Source: Bugula neritina (taxonomy: Eukaryota; Animalia; Bryozoa). From it: DNA of 64,000 nucleotides. The translations under genes and the position numbers were made by a program. Under the pieces are notes generated by a model. That model ran no database searches and was not told the origin of the DNA. It saw only the letters and a program-made list of their open reading frames with translations. This document shows positions 51,148 to 63,776 of this stretch, piece after piece; the stretch's first letter is position 1; every line of letters begins with the position of its first letter. Location: assembly GCA_964035545.1 (NCBI GenBank), contig OZ037767.1, positions 4,604,707 through 4,668,706 of the forward strand, given 5' to 3'.

Positions 51148-54100
51148 GTATATGTATATGTATATTTATATGTATATTTATATGTATATTTATATACATA
51201 TTTATATACATATTTATATACATATTGTACATATACGAATAAGTACATGTATTTGCATGCACACATATCATATTATACCAGTATCATACCTGTTATTCGT
51301 AGACTCACTTACTGGGCCAACTACTCCACTGGGCTGGGGGCAGCCCTCCATGAGTTAGGACACACATTCGACTTGCCTCACTCAGCCTCTGGTATCATGT
51401 CTCGAGGTTTTGACAATATTCACATGTTCTTTGTGCTGCCAGGGTCTCGTCCTATCAGCCAATCAACACGACCAAGTGCAGATAACTTCAGTGATTATAG
51501 GAACAAGGTATTGTGCTTTTTATTACCCCCAGAGGTGCAACAAGCTTTAGTTTGTCTTTGGAGTTGTCTATACTATCTTGGTTATTGTGGGATATGACAA
51601 CTCTCATAAAAAAAATTTTGAACAGATTTCACCTTGAGCTTTTCTGCTGATTTTTTTTCATAAGATTATAAAAATTTAATTATTTTGTAAAATAAACTTT
51701 TTTTCAGTAACAGCAAGATTAGTTTTCAATTATTTTTAAAACCCAACTTTGTACTTTCATTCATGTTCATCCTAAAAACTGAGTCATAAAGCCAAACAAA
51801 GTGCCAATTACTATTATTTAGTTTGAAGAGAACAAAGACCTAATATTAAACTTTATTATTTTTATATTCAAAAAATTATTTTGATTTTTGTATCAATAAA
51901 AATTGTATGTTATAGAAATGTTAACATGCCCTAAACTCGCATTATGTACAGATATTAGCGACACTTTTGGACATATGTCCATCTCCCTGCTGTCTACAGA
52001 ATATATTATACCTTGTGTTGGTTGGAATTAGTTAATGTCAAGCTTTTCAAAAGTAGAGAAATCACTAAAAAAGAGTACACATATAATGTGGCAAAGATAG
52101 CTTCTTGCAACATCTTGTCAATACTTTAAATAGTCCAACAGAGTTTTGACTTTTGACTTTTTTTCTTTCATTTTTGTTCATGCCTACTTGTATTATAGCC
52201 AGTATTTACACTGAATTTCGCAACGTGTTTCATGTCTGTAATATGCAATAAATCAAGCAATCAGATATTTAACATAAAATACAGGCATATAACATAATAT
52301 AGTACAAATATGTAACATATAGTACAAATATGTAACATATAATACATATACAGAACATATAATACATATACAGAACGTATAATACATGTATAACATCTAA
52401 TACGTATATAACATATAATACATATGTAACATATAGCATATGATACAGACATATTACATATAATACAAATAAGTATATAACATATAATGCAACATGTATA
52501 ACATATATTAAACATTTGTAACATCTAAAACAATATATAACATATAATACAGTCATATAGCGTATAACACAGGCATGTAATGTATTATAGTATTTGTTTT
52601 AGTTGGAGAGTTTAGCTGATCAGTTGAAGGAAAAGCGCCTGAAGACTGTTTCCCAAATAAATGATAAAACTGTTTGTAATCACAGCTTAGCTTTGGTACC
52701 TAACCTCAGAGTAAACATCAACTTGTCACACGAGGATACTTCACATCCATCTGGTAAGTGTGTATATAATATATATCACCATCTCTCTAAAGAACAGTGT
52801 TACTAAAAATAGACATTGTAGTTATTTATAACTCAAAATAAAACATTTTTGATCAGGAATTTAAATTCTTACAACTGAAATTCAACAATGTTAAACTGCA
52901 AAAACTGTGTTTTGATGTTCTAATTTTACAAGCTGTCTCATTACTAAAGTATCAAATTGTTGCTTAAATTGTATTTTTAAACTGTTGTAAGCAGTTTTAG
53001 TAACTTTCAATACATGACGAGTATCAGTGTAACATATGTAATATTTGGAAGATAGTCAGTATATAGTTTCCTTTTGTTATGCTTAAGTTAACTTGGCTCT
53101 ATTGCTGGCAATATTTAAATTTATGTGAAGGGAAACTGAATTTCCCATTTGGTATTACATTATTGATTTACATCCAGTTACACCCACAGTTTATTGTCAC
53201 AGTCATAATCTATAGTTACAGTCACAATATATAGTTACAGACTTACGGTCTATAATTACAGATTTAAATTCATGGGTAAAGTTTTTTATTGTCAAAAACA
53301 TTTGTCAACAGGTCAAAATTTGGATTTAATTCAAATATTGCAATTGCATTTTTATAATGAAAAATACACTGTTCTACAGTTGAATAGTTTGCTAAGCAAT
53401 GGCAGTATTTGAAATAACCTTGGAATTCATGGAAATTTCCCACATTTAATAAATTGACTCCGCTGTTTGTCAAGTAATTTTGATAATTTGTCTATTAAGT
53501 TGCCAGTTCAGTGGGGAATTTTTGGAAATTCCCCACATTTAATAAATTGACTCCGCTGTTTGTCAAGTAATTTTGATAATTTGTCTATTAAGTTGCCGGT
53601 TGCTAATCCAAAACTTTGCATGCCCTTAAAAGATTTTGTGTTTTGGAATTTCCAGTTAAGCTGTTTTTGTTTGACTATCAGCTGCAATACATCAATACAT
53701 GACATGATGGATGGATGGATGGATTTTCTCTAGTTGAGTCAGCAAAACTTAAGATGCGTTAACGTAGACAAAATTTGTATTTTTCAAGATTATTTCATCT
53801 CTTGTTCATTGCTGTTAAAAATAAGAAAATATATGAAAAAATTGTTCGAACGATTAATTTATTCAATTTTTACTGAATATTTTGAGTTGACACGAAAAAA
53901 ATAATTCTGATATTTTGTTTAATAGATTCTGATAATTTATGAAGAAAGTAATAAATTGATGTGATTGTATTATATAATATAAAAATATTGATAATTTGTC
54001 TATTAAGTTGCCGGTTGCTAATCCAAAACTTTGCATGCCCTTAAAAGATTTTGTGTTTTGGAATTTCCAGTTAAGCTGTTTCTGTTTGACTATCAGCTGC

Positions 54101-55661
54101 AATACATCAATACATGACATGATGGATGGATGGATGGATTTTCTCTAGTTGAGTCAGCAAAACTTAAGATGCGTTAACGTAGACAAAATTTGTATTTTTC
54201 AAGATTATTTCATCTCTTGTTCATTGCTGTTAAAAATAAGAAAATATATGAAAAAATTGTTCGAACGATTAATTTATTCAATTTTTACTGAATATTTTGA
54301 GTTGACACGAAAAAAATAATTCTGATATTTTGTTTAATAGATTCTGATAATTTATGAAGAAAGTAATAAATTGATGTGATTGTATTATATAATATAAAAA
54401 ATGTTTATAAGCAAGCACAGCTTTTGTTATATTTTTAATTATCTAAATAATTATTTACAACATTTTGGGATTTCCAATCAACTTCTGACACGATCTGCCT
54501 TTACCTGGTTATATGGTATTTAAATTCTTGGCATATAATTACATTATTTTATGTTTACACAATATAGAGCTTGCTTTGATTTTGGTATTTTTCAAGTCTG
54601 CAACGCTAAATCCACAAGTCTGTCATCAAATTTTGCTCAGTGTTTTAATAATTTGCTAGTTGCCTATTCTGTTTTTTTTTGGATTTTCCAAATAGTAACT
54701 GACATTGATTGTTTATGTTTGTCAAATAATAATTATGTTTAAATAAATTGCAACTCAAAACTGTAGGTAGTGCATGTTACTTTATTTAGTACACATCAGC
54801 AAGTTGAGGCCAGAAGTTAAAGTTATCTCAAAATTCATGAAAATGCACTATATGGAGTTATTTTATGTGCTGATTTTAACTAGTCATAGCGAAAAGGGCT
54901 GCGAAGGGGTCCTAAAAAATTAAAGCACTCCGTCATTGTCATATGAGCTAAATGTACATATATATTTGGGTTTGTTCATCAATATCTCAATTCACTAAAA
55001 AATTGGAAAAAAAATATGAGTTGAAGAAAAATCAGAAAAAAACTTTGATTATTTAGTTAATTAATTTAGTTAAATAATCTGATTATTTGTTAATATTGAA
55101 ATAGTTTAAGGCAAAAAAAAACATATACAGCAGCAGCTAAATTGTGAAAAATAGCTAACTTAACTGGAGATAGTGTGTACTAAAGTAAGTGAAATGACCC
55201 TAATACCATCTTTTGGAAAAAATTGGAAATTTAATTAAAGTGTGTTGTAGGGTTTACAGTTTATTTCTAGTTTAATGTAGTCACTACATTTTTTTGTTCA
55301 TGCACCTAAAAACTCTCTCACTGTCAGAAATGTTTGTCACTTGTAATAAAATTATGTTTTGTTTACTTTTGTAAACTGTAAACAAAGTATACATGTTTAC
55401 AAAAAAGTAAACAAAACAGAGTTTTATTACAAGTGATACACATCCATGAAGACAAACATCTTTTGAAATATTATTATCTATTTTCTGAAAATTTTTCTAG
55501 TATCTACTGAATTGTAGGGAAATTATTCTTAATAAGATCTAGTAGAATAATCCATTAATCAGTGGATCAGACCAAGTTATTCTTTTTTAAATATATATAT
55601 ACTTTCTGTAAATAATATATAAATGCAATTGATTTTGGTGAGATGAACATAAATCTAACTT

Positions 55662-55694
<33 letters not shown>

Positions 55695-56837
55695 ATATAA
55701 ATTAACTGCCTGTTTGTAAGTTTAAAATACCGTTCAATGTATTCATCATTATCTATAAACATACACATCACATCAATTTCAAGTTTTTCAGATAATCTTT
55801 CTTCAACTATACTTAAATTTGAGTCCCACATTTTATACCCCACACCATATATGATGTACTAATGTGCATGTTTAGTTATCTCATAATTTGCTTTTTCCAC
55901 AAGATTGGCTCACCCTCTTATGACTCTGTTTATGTACGTGGAGCATATCTCATTGTACTTGATAAGGAAGGGCTGATTCAGCTTGATGCAATAGTGGTCA
56001 GTGGGATGAAATGCTCATTTTGATTACCTGACTATGATTTTTCTCTTTACTTTGTTTCTATTGATTCATTAGCCTTGTTGGAGGATTGGAAACCCAGTTT
56101 ATACAGCATTATCACCGCTCTAATGACCAGTATAATTGTTATTTTATAACACATCATGGAATTTCCAGTGACTAATGAATGCTCGCACACCCTGGAAAGT
56201 TCGTTTACTGGAGAGACTATAGTCAGTCTAGTATTGTGCAATGTTTCCCTGAATCGGTTTTTGTAGGATATCTTTAGGTTTTAGTTGTTTTGCGACGTTT
56301 AAGCTTTACATTTCCAAGGCAATTAGTCTTAGATATAATAAAAAGATTAGTTTTGTACTTGAAAAGGTTCAAAAGAAACTTTGTGTGTATATGTTGCCTG
56401 ACAACACCTGTTGACTACAGCTTGACTACAGCTGGTTCAAGTTACATTAATCAGGCCTTCAGTCAATAGCCTGATCAATGTCATTGGCCGTAGGGATTTT
56501 GTTGAGGTGCTTTTCATAGCTTTTGGGAACTTGCCTACAAAACAAATAATGAGGTGAAATAATCTTTAAAATTTATTAAGGTGTGGTTCTACTATGGGCT
56601 GCATATAATCTAAATATGTTCGGTATATCATGTTAAATGTTTGTTATATATGTCTGCTTTATACATGCTTTATATTTGGAAAATAGTAAAACTGTCTAAA
56701 ATAATAAATTACTGGAAAATATTCCTTACACAAGCTTCCACGTACTAACCTTACATTTGTTTTGCAGCTAATATATCCAAACACACATACACACAGCACA
56801 CACAGTACACACACAGCACACATACATACCACATACA

Positions 56838-56879
<42 letters not shown>

Positions 56880-59057
56880 GCACACACACAGACACACACA
56901 CGCAGCACACACACACAAAATGTAGTTTTTATGTTTCCACAAAAGTTCAAGTATTTAGCTTTGGTGTTAATATATTTAAAAAAACTTATATAACAAATAT
57001 ATTTGAGCCGGCTTTAAAATAGATATAAACAAAATGCAGCCAACTGTACCAAAAAAATCTTGGCTCTGCCTCTTTTCAATCTAATAAAATAGCTTTAGAA
57101 CCCTGACAACGAATATTGATGGTCCAAAATACCAACAATATATTTGTTTATACCTGTTGTTTACGATTTATTTGGCATGCAATGAATTTTAGGAGGTAGT
57201 TAGAAAATGAAATGAGTACTAACGTAATGGGACTAACTAATTCCCAATAAAAAATCTCCGCTATGTATAAGGCTTTTGCTTATCTTAGAATATTTTCTGA
57301 TGTTGAAAACTGCTACAGTATTTAGTTGAGCACATGCTACTAATTTACAGAGCAACTTGAGTCCAGATGCTGAACATGATAATAACTTTTGACAAATATA
57401 ATGCACGCTCATTACATATGATTAATACAAAATGGTGGCATTTAAAAATACGGTGGTATTTCATACATATATGACAACAAGAAGTATACTTACATTCTAA
57501 CCAATTATTCAACATCCAACAGTCTTTTTAGTTTCAAAACTAGCTTAAACATAGTTGTTGGCTTATTTGCTACCTAATAAGCTTTTTGTATCATTGGAAA
57601 GCTTCAAATATGTCTCGTTGTAACCAACGTAGTGTCTGTACACTCTTAGATTATGTTACACAACAGGCCTATAGGCAACTAAAAAACAAGAAAGCATTTC
57701 TCTGACATTATATCTGACATAATGTATTTAAATGGCATTTTTTGCTGATAGAATTTGTTTCTTTAAAATTCACACACCTCTATGTGAAGTATGATATTAC
57801 CATTTTAATTAACCAAGTTTAGGTGGTAACTAATTCTAATTAACTGGTATGTCTTCAAGTTTTAAATATATAAATGTAGGTATTTAAATGCGCTGAGGGA
57901 GAGGGTCACGTGTTTTATTACTGGCAGCATTTTTGTTGACAGTATCTGAAGGTAAGCCAAGGTCCAGAGTGAAGACAGCATCTGGGGACTCCACTGTCTT
58001 CTGGTGTAATGGTGAGACCCACAGCATCCCGATTGCTGTCAAGAAGACTGATGAAGATGTAAAATCCAAAGTCAGCACTTGGGCATTTGAGTCAGCACTA
58101 ATGCTTAGATATAACAGATGGTTTATGAACGATAACCAAGTGCAGAAAATTGATAGCAGTACCAATACATTGACCGTAAGCCAAAGGTGAATTTCATCAA
58201 AAGAATTTGCTGTAACTTGTTGGTTTATTTGTTTATATTTCGTGTTTTCTTTTAGGTTTCAGTGGAAAATTTAATTCCTGGTACATGGAGTTGTCCATAC
58301 TTTGTCATTGCCTCAATATATTTGGAAAATAGTGTTTTTGCCGATTGATTAATTGTTTCCACACAGAGGCTATTGCGATTGTAGTTTTCTTTTCATATAT
58401 ATGTAAAGTGGAATTTCTTATAGCTATTGGAAAATTGCGCAACACTGTTTATTTCAAAAAGCCTCTCTTGTTCATTATGCTTGAAAAAGTGTTGTAAATG
58501 TTTTTCCCTTATTGCTTCCAGAACTTTAGATTTCCATTAGAATATTTTTCCAAATATTTAGTTAATTTTTTTGTAGCAGCAGCTAAAATCAATAACATAA
58601 ATAATTTCATAACACAATTCTCAAACTGCAACTACTTTGTTATTGGAAATGCAAGTATGTTATTTCCATTTTGATGATGTCACCAATATCCTGTAATGCC
58701 AATGGATTTTTGACTGAACATTTAAATTGCAATAATTAATTGCAATTTCTTAAACATCAATTATTAAAACAAAGCAGAAGTAGGTGTATTATTTTGGAAC
58801 GCAGTGTATATTTATTTTTCAGTGGTGTTACATCAAGCTGTGGAATGAGAGTATTACAAATATTCTACAAGTGTCTCGATCAGGTGGTGTTTAGTCAGCA
58901 TTTCTCAGAGAAAGCTGCTCTTTTTTCCTGTAACTTTACTGATATTATTGCAATGAGACTTGAAACAAAACATTCCATTATATGTGATAGGGGTGGATGT
59001 GTGTCATTGCATATACTAGATAATTGTGGAAAATTTATGACTCATACCCTTAGTTGA
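49412..59057 (+). CDS. Putative zinc metallopeptidase, YIL108W-like family, multi-exon
   Basis: Exons ~49412-50111, 50356-50488, 51303-51507, 52603-52753, 57941-58186, 58822-59057 in compatible phases. Motifs [61 protein letters not shown] (HExxHxxxxxH), GIMSRGFD. Confidence 0.9.
50764..50847. repeat. (TA)n microsatellite
   Basis: ~42 pure TA units. Confidence 0.98.
50848..51055 (-). mobile_element. Short non-autonomous hammerhead-bearing element (retrozyme/Penelope-like-derived) inserted in (TA)n
   Basis: ~208 bp unique sequence with the hammerhead at one end, bounded on both sides by long TA arrays. Confidence 0.6.
50851..50897 (-). ncRNA. Minimal type I hammerhead ribozyme
   Basis: Minus strand: UCUGUG-CUGAUGA-GGGG ACAAA CCCC-GAA-ACAG CUG CUGU-C-CACAGA; complete catalytic core, stems I-III paired, GUC cleavage triplet. 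Confidence 0.9.
51056..51230. repeat. (TA)n followed by (TATATG)n and (TATATTTATAYR)n microsatellites
   Basis: Directly visible. Confidence 0.95.
52270..52560. repeat. Degenerate AT-rich repeat (ACATATAATAC-like)
   Basis: Low-complexity periodic sequence. Confidence 0.75.
53431..54400. repeat. Intronic tandem duplications: ~93-bp unit (53431/53524) and 415-bp unit (~53572/~53987)
   Basis: Near-identical copies; the duplicated ORFs starting at 53705 and 54120 are 415 bp apart. Confidence 0.95.
55337..55436. repeat. Inverted repeat with ~40-bp arms (foldback/MITE-like)
   Basis: TCACTTGTAATAAAATTATGTTTTGTTTACTTTTGTAAAC ... GTTTACAAAAAAGTAAACAAAACAGAGTTTTATTACAAGTGA. Confidence 0.85.
56780..56916. 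repeat. Imperfect (CA)n microsatellite
   Basis: Directly visible. Confidence 0.95.
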
Positions 59058-60294
59058 TTTGTGTAACAATTTTGTTTAATTGTGTTACTGTAGTTGATGT
59101 AAATGCTTTTAAATTTCCTGAAGAATGTATGTGATCATAGACATGCCTATATTTGAATTGTAAATTATTTTCAACTTTGCTAAATAATGTTTTTAGTTTT
59201 TGTTTCATCAATTTGAAAATAACTGATTTTAGACTCTAAATTTTTTGTATAAAGTTTTTACTGAATCTACTTTTACTGTTAATCTAAACAAAAATAAATA
59301 AAACAGTTTTAAACAAGCAAAACATTCAAATCTCAGTTCCATCAGTTGACATAATGGGCTAATTATTTTTTTTCACACATGTTGCCAATAAAATCTTGTT
59401 AAACAATACTTTGAACTGGTAAAATGTTTATGGGAAACTAAATGATAGATTCCAAATATAAATTTAGTCAGTGTATTTTATTTTACATTTGATCAATATT
59501 TACAAAGTGCATGTAAATTTATAGTTTATCATGTAAACCCATTTCACACCTTATATGATTTTATATCAATTCATATAGGTTGGTTCAAAAATAGACTTTG
59601 TACACATGATTAGGTGTAATCTTGCTTGTCTAAATGTATTTATTGTCATGTATAGCTCAGTATAGTGGTGAGCTACAATGCTGGTGTTGTAAAAGATGTG
59701 TCCTAACATGTCATCAATATTTCTTGCAACCTGAAGTCCTTGCCAATTGTTTTATAATAAGCTTTTTTCAATTTTACATTTTCAATTATATTATTTTAGT
59801 AATTTATAAAAAGTCATAAGAATTTGAGAGATTTTTCTGACTGATTCATGAGAACCATTTCAAGCATTCTATACCTAAATCAATTTTTAAATTTCTTCTA
59901 CTTGTCCTTTTTTGACAAATCATTTCATATAATGTTGTAACTTGTTAAAATTCTATAGACTTGTCTAACATTATACTGTTAATTAGCAATTTTCAGTTAC
60001 TAGTTACAACAATAATACTTTTTCTATATACACACTTTATAATTATAATATTCAGTAGAATAGCTACAAATTGAAATAAAAGATGCTGCGCCTATTATTC
60101 TCCAAGTGTGTAATGTTTTTAGGCAATTATTTAGAATTAAATTCAATGCATGCAATATTTCAAAAATTCCACGTTACAATTTTCTATATTTAGCATTAAA
60201 TTTCCTTACGCTGAAACTTGGAAAACCTAATAGTGTTTCTACAGTAATCTAGACTATTCAAGTACGGTATCCATCTGTGAGGCAACAACACGAA

Positions 60295-60480
60295 CAATGC
60301 ACAGGGCGGAGCAACATGCTCCGCCCTGTGCATTGGCCAAATTCCCACTGGTCGAGTATATAAATGTACAAGTCTTCCACGGCACTAACTTTATCAAGCA
60401 CTAACCATCGAAAACCCAATACATGTAAATTTTGCGTGCGCATATTTTGCATAACGTCATCACTAAGTGACTGTGAGTAA
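60295..60480 (+). promoter_or_regulatory. Probable IkB promoter and non-coding first exon
   Basis: Palindrome with two GGGCGG boxes (60295-60335), kB-like AAATTCCC (~60339-60346), TATATAAA (~60357), donor GTGAGT (~60474); acceptor TTTTAG at 61921 precedes the ATG exon. Confidence 0.55.
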
Positions 60481-60499
60481 ACCATAATATTTTAATTTA

Positions 60500-61450
60500 A
60501 TATGAAAACTTATAGTTATACCATTAGTAATACTTATAGTTATCACTTAATCTTATAGCATGGAATGAGTTACTGGAAGGTTAAATGTAATGATTTTAGT
60601 TATCTAGCTTTCTATACCACAGGCACAAGTATAATACTTATAGACTTTATAGTAATACTAATAGTTTATTAATAGTTATACTAATAGTAATAGTAATAGT
60701 ATTACTATTACTATTAGTATTACTAATACTAATAGTAATAGAGTAATACTTATACTTATAGTTATAGTTAATGTTATAGTTATACTAATACTAATAGTAA
60801 TACAGTATTACTAATACTAATAGTAATACTAATAGTAATAGTAATAGCATTACAATACTTAATACTATTACTATTAGTAATACTGAGTATTAGTATTAGA
60901 TTTAGTATTACTATTAGTATTAGTATAAGTATTAGAGTATTACTATTAGTTATACTACTTAGTTTACTCACACTACTTACTAGTACTAGTCCTAGTACTA
61001 GTGGTAGTATGAATAGTAGTACCACTTCTGACTTACTGAGTAAGAGTAACTGTAGACCCATGCCTGATGCCCATAATGATCAGCGATCCAACATCCATGC
61101 CATTGGTAGTAATGGTAATACTAATAGTAATACGCATAGTCATAGTGATAGTATGTTGATTCTAATACTATTAGTAATAATAATAATTAAAATCATAGTG
61201 ACATTACTTTAATTGAATAATTATTATTACTATTACTATTACTATTACTATTACTATTAGTAGCTACAACTTAATTGTTAATGTTATACAAAAAGATATG
61301 ATTACTACTTTAAATAACTATTACTATGCGAATAACTAATAGTAATACGTAGGTAATACTAATACTAATAGTAATAGTAATACTAAGAGTGATATTAATT
61401 AACTTTAAGTTTAACAATAATGATTAATGAGTAAGTATAACATATAATTA
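60500..61450. repeat. (AGTAAT/ACTAAT/ACTATT)n low-complexity tract
   Basis: Hexamer runs in the presumed first intron of IkB. Confidence 0.85.
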
Positions 61451-61958
61451 TGTTAAAATGACAGCTGGATTGTCATTGTGATGCGTGTTTCTTGCTTATA
61501 AGTTATAAGATGGTATACGTATGAACTTTATATTATTCATATTGAAGGTGTGATCATGATGCATGCCCTAAAACCACAACATAATTAAAATGAGTCTCAG
61601 TCTCTGTTGGCTCATGCAGCAGTGTGTGTACCACTTCTTGTGAAAGTCGATGGTCAGCCTACCATATCTGCAACTAGTTGCAACCAGAAGGTACATGCTT
61701 TAGCTTTAATCATAATGATACATGATTTTCACAGAATGGTCTGGTTGCAATTATCTCCCATGCTTTATGAGTATTTCCTCACGACGATGTAACTATACCA
61801 TTGGATGTGGGGGAATTTTTAGATTCAGGTTTAAATAGAGCAATAATTTTGTTGCTTGTTTATTTCTACTGCTGAGTTAATGCTTAATGTGTGGTGAATA
61901 TTGTCCGATTAATTATTTTAGGTTATTTCTTCGGGTATAAAACTCTCAAGCACTTGAA

Positions 61959-63776
61959 ATGGCGGACAAAGCAAGTTTAGATAGTTTCTCTAAGGATGAG
62001 GGGTATTCCTCTGCATCTTCAAACTTTTCTTATGAGTCAATGGAACACTCACATTCTTCTCATGGCAATATGGATTCAGTCGATTTACATAAACTAAGTC
62101 CAATCACTGAAGCTGTTGCAACACAACCATCTGAAATGGAAAGTGGAATGGTTCCTTTGGCTTTGGACTATCTACGTAGTAAACTCAGCACTGACAGTTC
62201 ATATTCAAGTACTTCTTCATCCCAGGGCAAATCAGAGGTGTTTAGTAGTGGAAGCTTGTCGTCTAATAGTGCTGGTATGTCAGCTGACAGTGGATTCATG
62301 TCTATCCGTAGCCAAAATATGGGCTCTAATAACGACAGTGACTATTCCTCCAGGAAAAACCTGGACAGCTCTCACTTCAAAGAAGGATGTTTTGATGGTA
62401 AGCCTGAAGAGTTCTTACAGCATGGGTTACAAGCAGAATGGAATAAATGGGACCCTGTACGAGATATACGTGACAGACTTCCTCATTCGTTGTTAGATGA
62501 AATGCGTTCAATATTTTGGGATAAAGATGAAGAAGAAGACAATGAGTTGTAAGTAATAGATGTATTTATTCTGTTGTCACAATTATTTCTCAAATTGACT
62601 GAACAAACGTCTAATGTTTGCACGATTTCTTTTTCAGTGAGGTATTGAAGGCAGCTTATGATAAAGATGAAAGAGCTGTCGCCCTCGCAGTGTTTGTCGC
62701 CAAGAACCACCGACAGCTCAACACTGCAAACAAAAACAGACAGACTTTACTTCATATAGCAGCTCAATACTGTTCGGCTCAGCTCGTTCGTCTCATAATA
62801 ACCAGAGGAGCAGATGGTGCATTGCCAGACGCTTGGGGTACGTTACTTACTATATTACAAGTTTACTATATTACTTACTATTTTACATAAGAAGAAGAAT
62901 AAGAAGAATAAACTAATCATACCATAGATTACAAGCAGATATTTTACTCGATACACTGTTGTAATTTATTCATGTTGGGTTTGTGCTTATAGGTAACACG
63001 CCCCTGCATATAGCGGCTCTTCATGGTCGAGCCTCAGTAATAAAAGCTTTAACAACTACACTAACAAAGGCTGAAGTGCGGCACCCGTACTTCAGAGTCC
63101 CGTACAAGTCTCTACCACAAGATAATGTCCAGTCCTACAATCACGACGGCAGAACTCCTGTCCATTTAGCCGCTCAAGTCTCCCACAGCCCAAAGCATCG
63201 ACAAGCTCTTGAAATGCTAAAAACTAAAGCTAGAGCTGACATAGATTACAGAGTAAGTTGCTGTTGCTGCCTCTATTTGGTGGTCGGAACTGTTTAAGAA
63301 AAATTTCAAGAGCTTACGTTGTTTGTATGCAGACAGATGTAGCTTTCTTGAGAGTTTTATAGCAAAGTTATATTTATTTTTTGCAGCGGTTAGGAGACGG
63401 CTATGCACCTGCCCATATAGCAATAGATAATGATGACTATGAATGTTTGAAAACGTGTCTAGAGTTGGGTTCAGACTCAGAAGTTCGAAATTATAAAAGT
63501 GAAACTCCCCAGCAGTTGGCGTATCTGTGCAAGTCTCAAGAGATGGTAAGTTTTTCTCTGTGTTCTGCTACAATGCTGTGGCCTGCATGTCAGCTGTGAG
63601 TAATTTGGCTGGTGTGGTTTGTTGTATGTCAGTCAAGTGCAAAGATATTATTGCTGAGTTCGGCTACTTTCTAGGTGCTGCTGTGTCAGAAGTATGGTGC
63701 AGGAGAATATCAGCTTGAGTATGCAGAAACAGAACCTGTTTTGAAAGATGATGACAGCATGGAAGTGGACGAGGAG
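61959..63776 (+). CDS. NF-kappa-B inhibitor (IkB-alpha/cactus-like), ankyrin repeats; C-terminus beyond the window
   Basis: DSGFMS phosphodegron; ankyrins RQTLLHIAA, GNTPLHIAA, GRTPVHLAA, GYAPAHIAI, ETPQQLAY; IkB-type insert ALT....EV..PY..LPQ; acidic tail DDDSMEVDEE. Exons ~61959-62548, 62638-62837, 62993-63252, 63388-63545, 63675-63776. Confidence 0.88.

Noticed and set aside
53270-55220. Degenerate DNA transposon (hAT-like [12 protein letters not shown] remnant)
   Set aside because: The similarity is too weak and I found no terminal inverted repeats or target duplication.
58786-58808. Tc1/mariner-like terminal repeat (TATTATTTTGGAACGCAGTGTA)
   Set aside because: Only one end is visible and there is no transposase remnant.
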